DNA of 64,000 nucleotides from contig OY759726.1 of NCBI GenBank assembly GCA_963662625.1, forward strand, positions 1,280,001 to 1,344,000, read 5' to 3'. Under the pieces are notes generated by a model. The model searched no databases, had not been told where the DNA came from, and saw only the letters and a list, made by a program, of their open reading frames with translations. Source of the DNA: Nitrosopumilus sp. GTDB lineage: Archaea > Thermoproteota > Nitrososphaeria > Nitrososphaerales > Nitrosopumilaceae. Shown here piece after piece: positions 20,460 through 29,706 of this stretch. The position numbers and the translations under genes were made by a program. Every line of letters starts with the position of its first letter. The stretch's first letter is position 1.

Positions 20460-22243
20460 TTCTTGCAGTAAAAGTTGCCCGCCGCCTTTTGTTCCTTGTC
20501 CAGCCTGCTGGCGGCCTTGTTGACCCTGGGCCTGCGGCTCCTCTCGTCCCTCCTGAACGACATGCCCAGCGACTTTAGGAACATGTTCATGGCCTCGGGC
20601 TTGGGCAGCGGCGGGGTGGCGCGGCCCGACACGCCCGGCCGCCCCTCGAAGATCACCACCGAGTCGGATATGAGGTCCATCATCTGGAGGTCGTGGTCGA
20701 TCACCACCGCCGACTTTCCGAACGAGCGGACGAACTTTTGCAGGAACTTGGCCACCGCGATCCTGTCCTCCACGTCCAGGAACGCCGACGGCTCGTCCAG
20801 CGCGTACAGGTCGGCCTCCTGCAGCAGGCAGGACGCCACCGCGACCTTCTGCAGCTCCCCGCCCGACAGGTTCATGACCCGCTTGTTGTACAGCTTCTTG
20901 ATCTTGAGCGGGTCCAGCACCTGCTCCTCCTCCTGGCTCCCCTCCACGGGGCCGCCGTTTGCCCTGTCCAGCAGCGACACGACCTCGACGTCCGAGTCGT
21001 TCTGCAGGTACTGGGGCTTGTACGCGATCCTCGCCTTCTTGGCCACCTCCCCCGAGTCGGGTTCCTCGACGCCGGCGATCATCTTCATCATGGTGGTCTT
21101 CCCCAGCGCGTTTGCCCCCATTATGCCCACGACCTCCCCCTTCCTGACGGCCCCCGGCCCTATGCCCACGGAAAACGAGGGGTACGACTTCTCGAGCGCC
21201 GGGTAGGACACCACGACCTCGCCGCCCTCCTGGGACATGCCGGCCGAGGACGAGGCGTCAAACGAGAACCCCCTGTCCCTGAACCTCACGTTCTCGCTGG
21301 GGAGGTACCCGTCCAGGAACACGTTGATGCCGATCTTGGTGGACAGGACGCTCGAGACGATCCCGTACGCCGCCGGCTCCCCGTAGAGCACCTCTATGTA
21401 GTCGCTCAGGAAGTCCAGCAGCATCAGGTCGTGTTCCACCACCATCACGCTCTTTCCGAGCCCCGCCAGGCCATGGATCACCCTTGCGACCCTCGTCCTC
21501 TGGAAGACGTCGTTGTAGGACGAAGGCTCGTCGAAGAAGTAGAACTCCGCGTCCTTCGCGGCGGCCGCCGCGATCGCCACCCTCTGCAGCTCCCCGCCGC
21601 TCAGCTCCTTGAGGTCCTTCCCCATGGAGTTCTCCAGGCCCAGCTCCCCTACCAGCCGGCCTGCCGCCCCCCTCTCGTCGTACCTCTCCAGCAGCTCCCC
21701 GCCGGTGCCGTCGAACGCCTGCGCTATGCGGTGCACCTGCTGGGGCTTGATCGACGCCCGGACGCCGCCCTGCATTATCCCCTCAAAGTGAGCCTTCAGC
21801 TCCGTGCCGCCGTAGTGCCCCAGGATCTCGTCCCATTCCGGGGGATCCTCGTGCCGCCCGAGGTTCGGCTTGAGGCCCCCCGACAGTATGTTCACGACGG
21901 TGCTCTTCCCCATGCCGTTCCGGCCCAGCAGCCCCACCACCTCCCCCTTCTTCGGGGTGGGGAGCCTGTACAGCCTGAACGAGTTGGGGCCGTACTGGTG
22001 GATCTTGTCGGCGGCCAGCTCCGACGCCAGGTTCACGATAGTTATCGCGTCAAACGGGCAGACCTTGACGCAGATCCCGCACCCGTTGCAGATGTCCTCG
22101 TCGATCCGCGCCTTCTTGGTCCCCTCGTCAAGCGCTATGCAGTCCGCGCCGGACTTGTTCACGGGGCAGTATTTTATGCACTCCAGCCCGCACTTCTTAG
22201 GCTGGCAGAGGTCCGCGTCCAGCACCGCTACTCTGTGTGCCAT
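20456..22243 (-). CDS. rli: Ribosome recycling ATPase ABCE1/Rli1
   Basis: N-terminal Fe-S cysteines, two ABC domains with LSGGELQ. Confidence 0.95.
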   Translation of the reverse strand: MAHRVAVLDADLCQPKKCGLECIKYCPVNKSGADCIALDEGTKKARIDEDICNGCGICVKVCPFDAITIVNLASELAADKIHQYGPNSFRLYRLPTPKKGEVVGLLGRNGMGKSTVVNILSGGLKPNLGRHEDPPEWDEILGHYGGTELKAHFEGIMQGGVRASIKPQQVHRIAQAFDGTGGELLERYDERGAAGRLVGELGLENSMGKDLKELSGGELQRVAIAAAAAKDAEFYFFDEPSSYNDVFQRTRVARVIHGLAGLGKSVMVVEHDLMLLDFLSDYIEVLYGEPAAYGIVSSVLSTKIGINVFLDGYLPSENVRFRDRGFSFDASSSAGMSQEGGEVVVSYPALEKSYPSFSVGIGPGAVRKGEVVGIMGANALGKTTMMKMIAGVEEPDSGEVAKKARIAYKPQYLQNDSDVEVVSLLDRANGGPVEGSQEEEQVLDPLKIKKLYNKRVMNLSGGELQKVAVASCLLQEADLYALDEPSAFLDVEDRIAVAKFLQKFVRSFGKSAVVIDHDLQMMDLISDSVVIFEGRPGVSGRATPPLPKPEAMNMFLKSLGMSFRRDERSRRPRVNKAASRLDKEQKAAGNFYCKN

Positions 22244-22333
22244 GTCGTAACTCGGCGGGCAATTGCCATATACCTCTTGCGCGGGAGGGCCCCCTCAGTT
22301 ACGTTAATAGATGAGGCCGCGGCAACACCAGTC

Positions 22334-22452
22334 AAGCCGGCCATAGCGTCAGGGTGCGACCCAATCCCTTTCCGAACTTGGAAGTCAAACCTGGCGTCGC
22401 TGTTGTGCTACTAAGGTGCGAGAGCCCTTGGGAAGCAACAGTGCTGGCATCC
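22334..22452 (+). rRNA. rrf: 5S rRNA, unlinked from 16S-23S (ends approximate)
   Basis: GCCGGC/GCTGGC helix I, CCATAGCG, ATCCCTTTCCGAAC-TTGGAAGTCAAACC, GCGAGAGC loop. Confidence 0.9.
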
Positions 22453-22494
22453 TTAATATTTTAATACCCGGGAGCCCCCCGACGGTTGATCCAA

Positions 22495-22623
22495 ATGCCA
22501 CGGTGTACAGTCTGCGGTCAATCGCTCCGGGACGACATAGTCTTCCTGAACCACATGATGGAGAAGCACGGGTTCCGGAACCCGGGCGCGGGAAGGCCGG
22601 ATCGCAACAGCCGCGGGTACTAG
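22495..22623 (+). CDS. Putative 42-aa single C2H2 zinc-finger protein
   Basis: MPRCTVCGQSLRDDIVFLNHMMEKHGFRNPGAGRPDRNSRGY (CxxC-x12-Hx4H); TATA ttttaata at ~22459. Confidence 0.65.
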   Translation: MPRCTVCGQSLRDDIVFLNHMMEKHGFRNPGAGRPDRNSRGY

Positions 22624-22729
22624 GGCCGGGCCGCCCTCGGGCGGCGGGGTGCCGGCGCCAAGGCCCGTGGGCCGCCGGCCGCCGCGTTTCCCGGGGGCCC
22701 CGCGGCCGGCATGGCCCCGGCCCGAAGCG

Positions 22730-23110
22730 TCACCCTATTGGTATCTTCTTGCTGTTGGTGAACAGGCTCGAGGATCTCACGAACGCGGACTTTGCCGTCC
22801 TGCATCCCTGCCCGCAGGCGCCGCCGGTGGCAGTCCCCGCGCGCCCTGGCCCCCTTGCCGAGGCCACCGCCCTTGCCAGGGGCAGGAGCGCGGCCCTCCC
22901 GCCGTACGCGGTCTTGCCGTCGATCAGCCAGAACATCTCCCGGGCGGACTCGCCGAGCACCTCGCCCCCCAGCCTTTCGCCCAGCGGCGTGTAGTGCCCC
23001 ACCATGGTCAGCCTGCCCCTGGCAAGAAAGTCCACGGCCTTGGCGAACTTCACGCACAGGTAGCACCTGTCGTCGAACACCACGATGGGGGCCATTCCAG
23101 AGACGTCCAT
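22730..23110 (-). CDS. DCC1-like thiol-disulfide oxidoreductase (DUF393)
   Basis: VVFDDRCYLC (DxxCxxC) motif; TATA at ~23133. Confidence 0.75.
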   Translation of the reverse strand: MDVSGMAPIVVFDDRCYLCVKFAKAVDFLARGRLTMVGHYTPLGERLGGEVLGESAREMFWLIDGKTAYGGRAALLPLARAVASARGPGRAGTATGGACGQGCRTAKSAFVRSSSLFTNSKKIPIG

Positions 23111-23316
23111 GCCGTGTATTGCCCCCCGCCAAATTAAAATTTTGCACGCCGGCCGGCGGCACCGGGCGCCGGCACGCGCCCCGCGGGGGCCGCCCGGCAG
23201 GGCTCCGGGGGGCGCCCGCCCTGCCCCAAAACCCCCAATGGCGGCCGATCCCGCGCGCCTTTTCAGGCAGCCTTGACGTAGATTTTTATTCAATTCACCA
23301 AGACCATAGTCACGGA

Positions 23317-24984
23317 ATGGGTCTAAACTATTGTAAAATCAGGAGGAGCGTGCTCAGGGCCCGCAAACTGGTCATCCGGGCCACGAACGCCGCCGGATCC
23401 GGCCACCCGGGGGGCTCGTTTTCCATGGGGGAGATCCTCGGGTGCCTGTTCCACAAGCACCTGCGGTACGATCCCGCGAACCCGCAGTGGGAGGACCGCG
23501 ATCGGCTGGTGCTCTCAAAGGGGCACGCCGCGCCGGGGCTCTTCTCCAACATGGCAGTAGCGGGATACTTTCCGGACTCCGAGCTTGACACCCTGCGGAG
23601 GTTCGGCAGCAGGCTGCAGGGACACCCGGACCTCAAGTGCCCCGGGGTCGAGTTCTGCGGCGGATCGCTCGGGACGGGCCTGTCCTACTCCATAGGGCTC
23701 GCGCTCGCCGCCAAAATAGACCGCAAGGACTACCGCGTCTACACGATAATCGGGGACGGGGAGTCCAACGAGGGCCAGGTGTGGGAGGCCGCGATGACCG
23801 CGGCCAAGTACGGGGTCGACAACCTCGTGGTGTTCCTGGACAGGAACTTCATCCAGCAGGACTCGTACACCGAGAGGGTCATGCCGCTTGACGAGCGCCT
23901 GGACGGGGACGACCTCTCGGCAATGTGGAAGGACGCGTCGCGGTGGAAGACCGGCGACAAGTGGAGATCGTTCGGGTGGAACGTAATCGAGATCGACGGG
24001 CACAGGATCGAGCAGATCGACGCGGCCATCGCGAGGGCGAAAACCACGGGGGGCGCCCCCACGATGATAGTCTCCAGGACGATCAAGGGCAAGTCCGTCG
24101 AGCACATGGAGGACAACCCCATGTGGCACGGAAAGTCGCCCGACTCGGACGTGGTGCCCGTGATCAACGCGGAGCTTGACTCCCAGTTCGTGATCGCGCC
24201 CTCCATCATAGCGGGCGACATGGGGGACCTCGCAAGCGAGGTCAGGCGGTGCGTCCAGGGCAGGGCCGACTACATACACCTCGACGTCATGGACGGCCGG
24301 TTCGTCCCGGCCAAGACGTTTGACCACAACAAGATCAGGGAGCTCAGGCCCCTGACCGTGATCCCCTTCGACTCGCACCTCATGATAGACGAGCCGGAAA
24401 AGCACGTCCGGGACTATGTCGACGCCGGGAGCGACATAGTAACGGTGCACGCCGAGGCGTGCGACGCGTCAAGCTTCGGGGAGATCATCGACGTGCTGAG
24501 GCAAAGCCAGGTGGGGGTGGGACTCGCCATAAACCCCGGCACGGACCTTCCCGGGTGGTCGCTCGACTTCCTCCCGGCGATCGACCAGCTGATCGTGATG
24601 TCGGTCGTCCCGGGAAAGTCGGGCCAGAAGTTCATCGAGGCGACGCACGAGAAGACGCGCTCCCTGTCGCGGGTCCTCTCCGAGCACAAGTTTGCCGGAT
24701 ACGTGGAGGTCGACGGCGGCGTGACCGCCGGCAACGTCGGCTCCTGCTTTGCCGACGGCGCCAGGGCGTTCGTGGGCGGCAGCGCGATAATAGGCCAGCA
24801 GGACGTCCGCGGGGCGATCCGGGAGTTCAGGGACGGGGTGTCCGGGGCGAGGCGGCGGCTGCTGCTTGAAAAGGCCCACGGGCTGGGCGGCGCCGATCTC
24901 GTGAAGAAATGGATCGGGCTGCACGTGGTCGGGGGGAAGGACGGGCAGATCCGGAAGATCGCAGAGGAGGCGGGATACCTCTGA
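23317..24984 (+). CDS. Transketolase N-terminal subunit fused to ribulose-5-phosphate 3-epimerase
   Basis: SGHPGGS, LSKGHAAP and GDGESNEG, then IAPSII, IHLDVMDG, HLMI, MSVVPG and EVDGGV. Confidence 0.92.
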   Translation: MGLNYCKIRRSVLRARKLVIRATNAAGSGHPGGSFSMGEILGCLFHKHLRYDPANPQWEDRDRLVLSKGHAAPGLFSNMAVAGYFPDSELDTLRRFGSRLQGHPDLKCPGVEFCGGSLGTGLSYSIGLALAAKIDRKDYRVYTIIGDGESNEGQVWEAAMTAAKYGVDNLVVFLDRNFIQQDSYTERVMPLDERLDGDDLSAMWKDASRWKTGDKWRSFGWNVIEIDGHRIEQIDAAIARAKTTGGAPTMIVSRTIKGKSVEHMEDNPMWHGKSPDSDVVPVINAELDSQFVIAPSIIAGDMGDLASEVRRCVQGRADYIHLDVMDGRFVPAKTFDHNKIRELRPLTVIPFDSHLMIDEPEKHVRDYVDAGSDIVTVHAEACDASSFGEIIDVLRQSQVGVGLAINPGTDLPGWSLDFLPAIDQLIVMSVVPGKSGQKFIEATHEKTRSLSRVLSEHKFAGYVEVDGGVTAGNVGSCFADGARAFVGGSAIIGQQDVRGAIREFRDGVSGARRRLLLEKAHGLGGADLVKKWIGLHVVGGKDGQIRKIAEEAGYL

Positions 24985-25955
24985 GCGGGCCGGCACTCAC
25001 CGACATGCGTTCTGCGTACTCCGAGGCCCTGATCGACGCGGGCAGGAAGCTCCCCGGCGTGGTGGTGCTGGGGGCCGACACCACGGACTCACTCAAGACC
25101 TCGGGTTTCGGAAGGGAGTTCCCCGGCAGGTTCTTCAACGTCGGGATAGCGGAGGCCAACATGGTGTCCGTGGCCGCCGGCCTCGCGGCGTCCGGGAAGA
25201 TCGCCTTCGCAAGCACGTACGCGATATTCCTGCCGGGCAGGGCGGTGGACCAGATCCGCAACGGCGTCGCGTACCCCTCCCGGCCGGGCAGGAACGGCCT
25301 GAACGTGAAGCTCGTGGCCTCCCACGGGGGCCTGTCGGTGGGCCCCGACGGCGGCTCGCACCAGCAGGTGGAGGACATAGCGATCATGCGGGCGATCCCC
25401 AACTTCCGCGTGCTGATCCCGGCGGACACCGTGGCCGTGTCGTGGCTGACAGGGCTGATGGCGCGGGAGTACGGCCCGTTCTACATGAGGATGGCCAGAT
25501 CCAAGACCCCGCTGATCCACGCCGAGTCCCAGGAATTCAGGGTCGGCAGGGGCGTCCTGCTGCGCGACGGGGACGACTGCACGATCGCGGCCTGCGGGAT
25601 CACCGTGGGCATGGCGCTAGAGGCGGCCGAGCAGCTGGGCCGCGAGGGGATCTCCTGCAGGGTGCTGGACATGTTCTCGGTAAAGCCCATCGACTCCGGC
25701 CTGCTGGAAAAGGCCGCGAGGGAGACGGGCTGTCTGGTCACCTGCGAGGAGCACAACGTGCTGGGCGGGCTGGGCTCCGCGGTGTCAGAGACCGTCTCGG
25801 AGCGCCACCCGGTGCCGGTCAGGCGCATAGGGGTGCAGGACGCGTTTGGCGAGTCGGCGCTGGACTCCGAGATCCCGCTGCTTTTGGAAAAGCACGGGAT
25901 AACATCCCTTAATATAGCCAAGCAGGCAAGGGAACTGAGGAGTACGCTGCAGTGA
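24981..25955 (+). CDS. Transketolase C-terminal subunit (start CTG 24981 or ATG 25005)
   Basis: FFNVGIAEANM, DGGSHQ and EEHNVLGGLGS. Confidence 0.9.
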   Translation: MSGPALTDMRSAYSEALIDAGRKLPGVVVLGADTTDSLKTSGFGREFPGRFFNVGIAEANMVSVAAGLAASGKIAFASTYAIFLPGRAVDQIRNGVAYPSRPGRNGLNVKLVASHGGLSVGPDGGSHQQVEDIAIMRAIPNFRVLIPADTVAVSWLTGLMAREYGPFYMRMARSKTPLIHAESQEFRVGRGVLLRDGDDCTIAACGITVGMALEAAEQLGREGISCRVLDMFSVKPIDSGLLEKAARETGCLVTCEEHNVLGGLGSAVSETVSERHPVPVRRIGVQDAFGESALDSEIPLLLEKHGITSLNIAKQARELRSTLQ

Positions 25956-26617
25956 AGATCTTCCTTGACACCGCCAACCTGGAGTCGATCAGAAAGTTCA
26001 ACGACATGGGGCTTCTGGACGGGATCACGACGAACCCCTCGCTGCTGTCAAAGGAGGGCGGCAGCCCGTCGGACACGATGGCAGAGATCACGGCCACCGT
26101 CGCGGGGGACGTCAGCCTGGAAGTGGTCGGCACGGACCACGACGGGATGGTCCGGGAGGGCAGGCACCTGCGCCAGTACGGGACAAACGTGGTCGTCAAG
26201 GTTCCGATGACGCCGGACGGGCTGAGGGCGTGCAAGACCATGTCCTCCGAGGGGACGCCGGTCAACGTCACCCTCGTGTTCTCCCCCAACCAGGCGCTGC
26301 TGGCCGCAAAGTCGGGCGCGAGGTACGTCAGCCCCTTCATCGGCAGGCTCGACGACGTCGGGCAGGACGGGATGGGCCTGATCCGGGACATAAGGGGGAT
26401 ATTCTCGAACTACGACTTTGGGACGGAGGTGCTGGTGGCCAGCGTAAGGCACCCGCTGCACGTGGTCGACGCGGCCAAGGCCGGCGCCGACGCGGTCACG
26501 CTGCCGCCCGCCGTGCTGGACAAGATGCTGAAGCACCCGCTGACCGACATCGGGCTGAAGAACTTCCTCGCGGACTGGGAGGCGCTACGGGCGCGGAACC
26601 CCGACGCGAGGCTGTGA
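25952..26617 (+). CDS. tal: Transaldolase / fructose-6-phosphate aldolase family
   Basis: IFLDTAN, GITTNPSL, VVKVP, NVTLVFS and SPFIGRLDD. Confidence 0.92.
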   Translation: MKIFLDTANLESIRKFNDMGLLDGITTNPSLLSKEGGSPSDTMAEITATVAGDVSLEVVGTDHDGMVREGRHLRQYGTNVVVKVPMTPDGLRACKTMSSEGTPVNVTLVFSPNQALLAAKSGARYVSPFIGRLDDVGQDGMGLIRDIRGIFSNYDFGTEVLVASVRHPLHVVDAAKAGADAVTLPPAVLDKMLKHPLTDIGLKNFLADWEALRARNPDARL

Positions 26618-26676
26618 CCCCCGAGAAGCATAAAAAATTGGAAAATGAAAGGCCCGTGGCCTTTCAGGACTGACGG

Positions 26677-26940
26677 CTACTTGCCGCGGCTTTTCCTGGA
26701 ACCTGTTCCCCTGCCGGTGACCCTGGTCAACCCTGCAGCAGACGGCCTGGCCTTTGGCGACGGGGTGTCTGACAGCTTCCTCCTCCCCGTCCCTCTTCCC
26801 GAGGAGACGGTTATGTCTCCGGCCGCCTTCATCCTCTCGGCTTGGACCTTCTTGAACTCCTCGCCTGAAAACTTCAGGTCCTTGACATCCACCTCGATCG
26901 TTCCAGTTCCCCTGCCGGTTCTGATCTTGACTTTTACCAT
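26677..26940 (-). CDS. Basic hypothetical protein with three (T/S)GRGTG motifs
   Basis: 87 aa; own TATA (ttaaataaata on minus strand at ~26963-26973). Confidence 0.7.
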   Translation of the reverse strand: MVKVKIRTGRGTGTIEVDVKDLKFSGEEFKKVQAERMKAAGDITVSSGRGTGRRKLSDTPSPKARPSAAGLTRVTGRGTGSRKSRGK

Positions 26941-27161
26941 GCTAACCTTCCGAACCTCTTGTATTTATTTAAGCTCATTGGCCCGCCTCGCGCCCCCCGG
27001 GCCCCGGGAGCCGCAGGGCAAGGGCGCGGGCCGGCGCCGGCCAGCCGGGAGCGAATCCCGGCCCGCGCCGCCGGGGGTTCAGGTCCGGCGCCACGGCTCG
27101 GGGATCCGCGCGCCTGCCACGAGCGCGGGGCCGCGCCGCCCCGGCCGGGACGCGCACGGCC

Positions 27162-28181
27162 CTACCCGCTGATCCAGCCCATCTTCTTGAAGTACGCGAA
27201 CATCAGCGCCGCCGGGATGGCCGATGCCAGGATCACCAGTATGAATGCCGTGTACGGGCCCAGGGCCGCCGGATCGCTTCCCGCCCCGCCGGGCAGGCTC
27301 ACGTTCATTCCGTAAAACGTCCCGATCACGGTGGCAGGTATGGCCAGGGTGAATATTATGGTCAGCACCGCGAGCACCTTGTTCGTCTTCTCGGTGCTCA
27401 GCACAAAGTCCGTGTCCTTGTAGATCTCCATCGTCTCCCTCGACTCTTCCAGCGTCTCGATCACCTTGTCTATGTGGTCGATCACGTCGTCAAAGTACAG
27501 GGTCAGGTCCTCGCTCTCGTCGGCGAGCCTTTTCACGTTGCCTGCGATCTCCAGCACGAACTTCTTCAGCGGGGCCACGATCCTCCGGTGCTGGTTGATC
27601 TCCCTCCTCAAGAACGCGATGTTCCTGGCCACGGACTTTGTCTCGTCAAAGACGCCGTCCTCCATGTCGTCAAGGTTCGCTATTATCCTCCTCGACGTGT
27701 GGAGCAGGTCGTCCACCAGCATGTCGATGATCTCGTGCAGCAGGAATCCCGGGGAGCGCCCCAGCAGCCTCTCCTTTCTCTGGTCGTCCGGGCCGTCCCT
27801 GCAGGCGTTCACCAGCTCCACCAGGGGCTCGAGATCCCCCTGGTGGACGGTGACCAGGAAGTCCTTTCCCAGGAACACCGACAGCGGGCTGTTCTTGGCC
27901 GCCATGGCCTTCTGCGCGAGCGGCGGAAAGTGCAGGATCACGAAAAAATGATCGTCGTAGCCGTCCAGCTTCGGGAGCTCGAACTTCGTCATGCAGTCCT
28001 CCACGTTGAGGGCGTTGAAGCCGTACCTCCCGGCGACCTCCTCGACGTCGCTCCTGTCCGGGTTCTGCAGGTCGATCCACGTGAACCCCTTGCCCAGGAC
28101 GGTCTCAGTCTTCTGCTCCACGGGCTTCTCCTCGGGCTTCCTCCCGTGGAGCAGCCTCTTCGCGATGAATCCCCTCCTCAA
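27162..28181 (-). CDS. corA: CorA-family Mg2+/Co2+ transporter
   Basis: WIDL, YFDDVIDH and YGMN signature followed by a second TM helix. Confidence 0.92.
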   Translation of the reverse strand: MRRGFIAKRLLHGRKPEEKPVEQKTETVLGKGFTWIDLQNPDRSDVEEVAGRYGFNALNVEDCMTKFELPKLDGYDDHFFVILHFPPLAQKAMAAKNSPLSVFLGKDFLVTVHQGDLEPLVELVNACRDGPDDQRKERLLGRSPGFLLHEIIDMLVDDLLHTSRRIIANLDDMEDGVFDETKSVARNIAFLRREINQHRRIVAPLKKFVLEIAGNVKRLADESEDLTLYFDDVIDHIDKVIETLEESRETMEIYKDTDFVLSTEKTNKVLAVLTIIFTLAIPATVIGTFYGMNVSLPGGAGSDPAALGPYTAFILVILASAIPAALMFAYFKKMGWISG

Positions 28182-28242
28182 GTTGAAGAGTACCCGTGGT
28201 GCAACAAATTTAAAGCGATCGCTGCCCCGCCCCGGACCGGGG

Positions 28243-28323
28243 CTACTTCCACGGCAGGAGATAGTTCATGCCCACCCACGTGAGCCCGATAGTTATCGCC
28301 ATGGCCGGCCACCACCACCTCAT
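28243..28323 (-). CDS. Putative 26-aa membrane peptide upstream of corA
   Basis: MRWWWPAMAITIGLTWVGMNYLLPWK; TTTATTAT box ~23-30 nt upstream of the ATG. Confidence 0.55.
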   Translation of the reverse strand: MRWWWPAMAITIGLTWVGMNYLLPWK

Positions 28324-28418
28324 GCCTGAAAATTACAACGGCTTGATAATAAACCTACAGGCATGCCCGGCGCCGCAAAATCAAAGATTATTACTGGATG
28401 CCGGGCAACGTCCCCTGT

Positions 28419-28491
28419 GGCCTTCGTCGTATAGTGGCTAGTATAGGGGACTGTGGATCCCCGGACAGGGTTTCGATTACCCTCGAAGGCC
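28419..28491 (+). tRNA. tRNA-His(GUG) with genome-encoded G-1
   Basis: G+GCCTTCG/CGAAGGC+C, GGGGA-CT-GTG-GA-TCCCC anticodon arm, AGGGT-TTCGATT-ACCCT T arm; T-run downstream. Confidence 0.95.
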
Positions 28492-28501
28492 CTCCATTTT
28501 T

Positions 28502-28855
28502 TTAAAATATCCCGTACTTGCTAGACTCCATCTCTTCTTTTATCGCGAGCTTGAACCTGGGCGTCCTGCCCTCTAGGTTCCTTTCGAGCCACGCGAGAAA
28601 TTTTTTCTCCGTACCCTTGCCCTTCAGCGCGTCAAAATCGCCGCCCATGTGGTCCCTGAGCTTCTCGACGAGCCCCCTGTTCACGCTGACCACGAAGAAG
28701 TGCCACCCGAACGCGAACTCCGAGTCCGTCATGGCGAACTCGTCCTGGCTGTGCACCATCTCCTCTAGGAGGATCAGCTGGCGGGTGATCGCCCTGCTGG
28801 TCTTGTCGTAGTCGACTGCCGATACGTTGATGTTGATCCTGCCTTCCACGCACAC
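28502..28855 (-). CDS. Conserved hypothetical protein
   Basis: Protein-like 117 aa (DSEFAFGWHFFVVSV); TATA island at ~28873. Confidence 0.65.
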   Translation of the reverse strand: MCVEGRININVSAVDYDKTSRAITRQLILLEEMVHSQDEFAMTDSEFAFGWHFFVVSVNRGLVEKLRDHMGGDFDALKGKGTEKKFLAWLERNLEGRTPRFKLAIKEEMESSKYGIF

Positions 28856-29068
28856 ACGTTATGCCCCCGCAAGATAAAAGGATTGGCCGGCTCGGAGGCC
28901 GCTTGCCAGCATGGGCGGCGGGCCGCCCCTGCCGCCGCGAGGTGGGGGAACGCAGGCGCCGCCCGCCCGGAGCCGGCGGCACCGCCATCACGCGCGGGCC
29001 GCCTGCCCGATCCAGCGATCTGCGCACACACGCGAAAAAATATTAAGAATGGCATGCTAGAAAGCGCG

Positions 29069-29377
29069 ATGGGGAGGATCATAGCCTGCAAGGCGGCAGA
29101 CGTCCCGCAGGGCGGGATGGTCAAAGTGTCGGTGGGCGGAAAAGACGTGCTGATCGCAAACGTAGATGGCGGGTTCTGCGCCATGGACGACACGTGCACC
29201 CACGCCGGGGCGAGCCTGTCGGAGGGGAAGCTCGACGGCTGCAGGGTGGTATGCGGCTGGCACGGGGCGGAATTTGACTGCAAGACGGGAAAAATGGCAA
29301 AATTTCCAGCGAAAATCAGGGACCTGGCCACGTACGGCGTGACCGTGGAGTCGGACAACGTGTTCTTGGAGATGTAA
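29069..29377 (+). CDS. Rieske [2Fe-2S] ferredoxin
   Basis: CTH...CGWH ligands; TATA at 29041. Confidence 0.9.
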   Translation: MGRIIACKAADVPQGGMVKVSVGGKDVLIANVDGGFCAMDDTCTHAGASLSEGKLDGCRVVCGWHGAEFDCKTGKMAKFPAKIRDLATYGVTVESDNVFLEM

Positions 29378-29411
29378 CTATATACTTGTAGGTTTAGAAA
29401 AAGAGCAGAAG

Positions 29412-29681
29412 ATGGCTGACAAGAAGCAAAACGCGGAATCAATGAGGGAGGCGGTGGACACGCTTACCCAGATTGCCGGGAACAACTCCACGCCGAAGAC
29501 GATAAAAAAATCGATAACGGACCTGGTCGCTGATCTGAACGGCGAGGAGTACTCGCTGTCCGTGAGGGCGGCAAATGCGATCAGCCTGCTTGACGACGTC
29601 ACGCAGGATCCAAACCTGCCCTCTTACGTCAGGACCCAGCTATGGCAAGCGGTATCAAAACTGGAGAGCATAAGGGAGTAG
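29412..29681 (+). CDS. UPF0147 family protein
   Basis: VRAANAISLLDD...DPNLPSYVRTQLW pattern. Confidence 0.85.
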   Translation: MADKKQNAESMREAVDTLTQIAGNNSTPKTIKKSITDLVADLNGEEYSLSVRAANAISLLDDVTQDPNLPSYVRTQLWQAVSKLESIRE

Positions 29682-29706
29682 GCCCCCTTCACGGAACGTC
29701 CCCGCG

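Noticed and set aside
22460-22730. Possible SRP RNA after the 5S rRNA
   Set aside because: No helix-8 CAGG...GGAA...AGCA motif found; the region is better explained by the C2H2 micro-ORF.
22792-23316. Long N-terminal extensions in the ORF track (tktA, tuf, fbp, iscS, larC, PEFG1, Rieske)
   Set aside because: They run through GC-rich spacers or neighbouring genes; TATA positions and motifs indicate the downstream starts.
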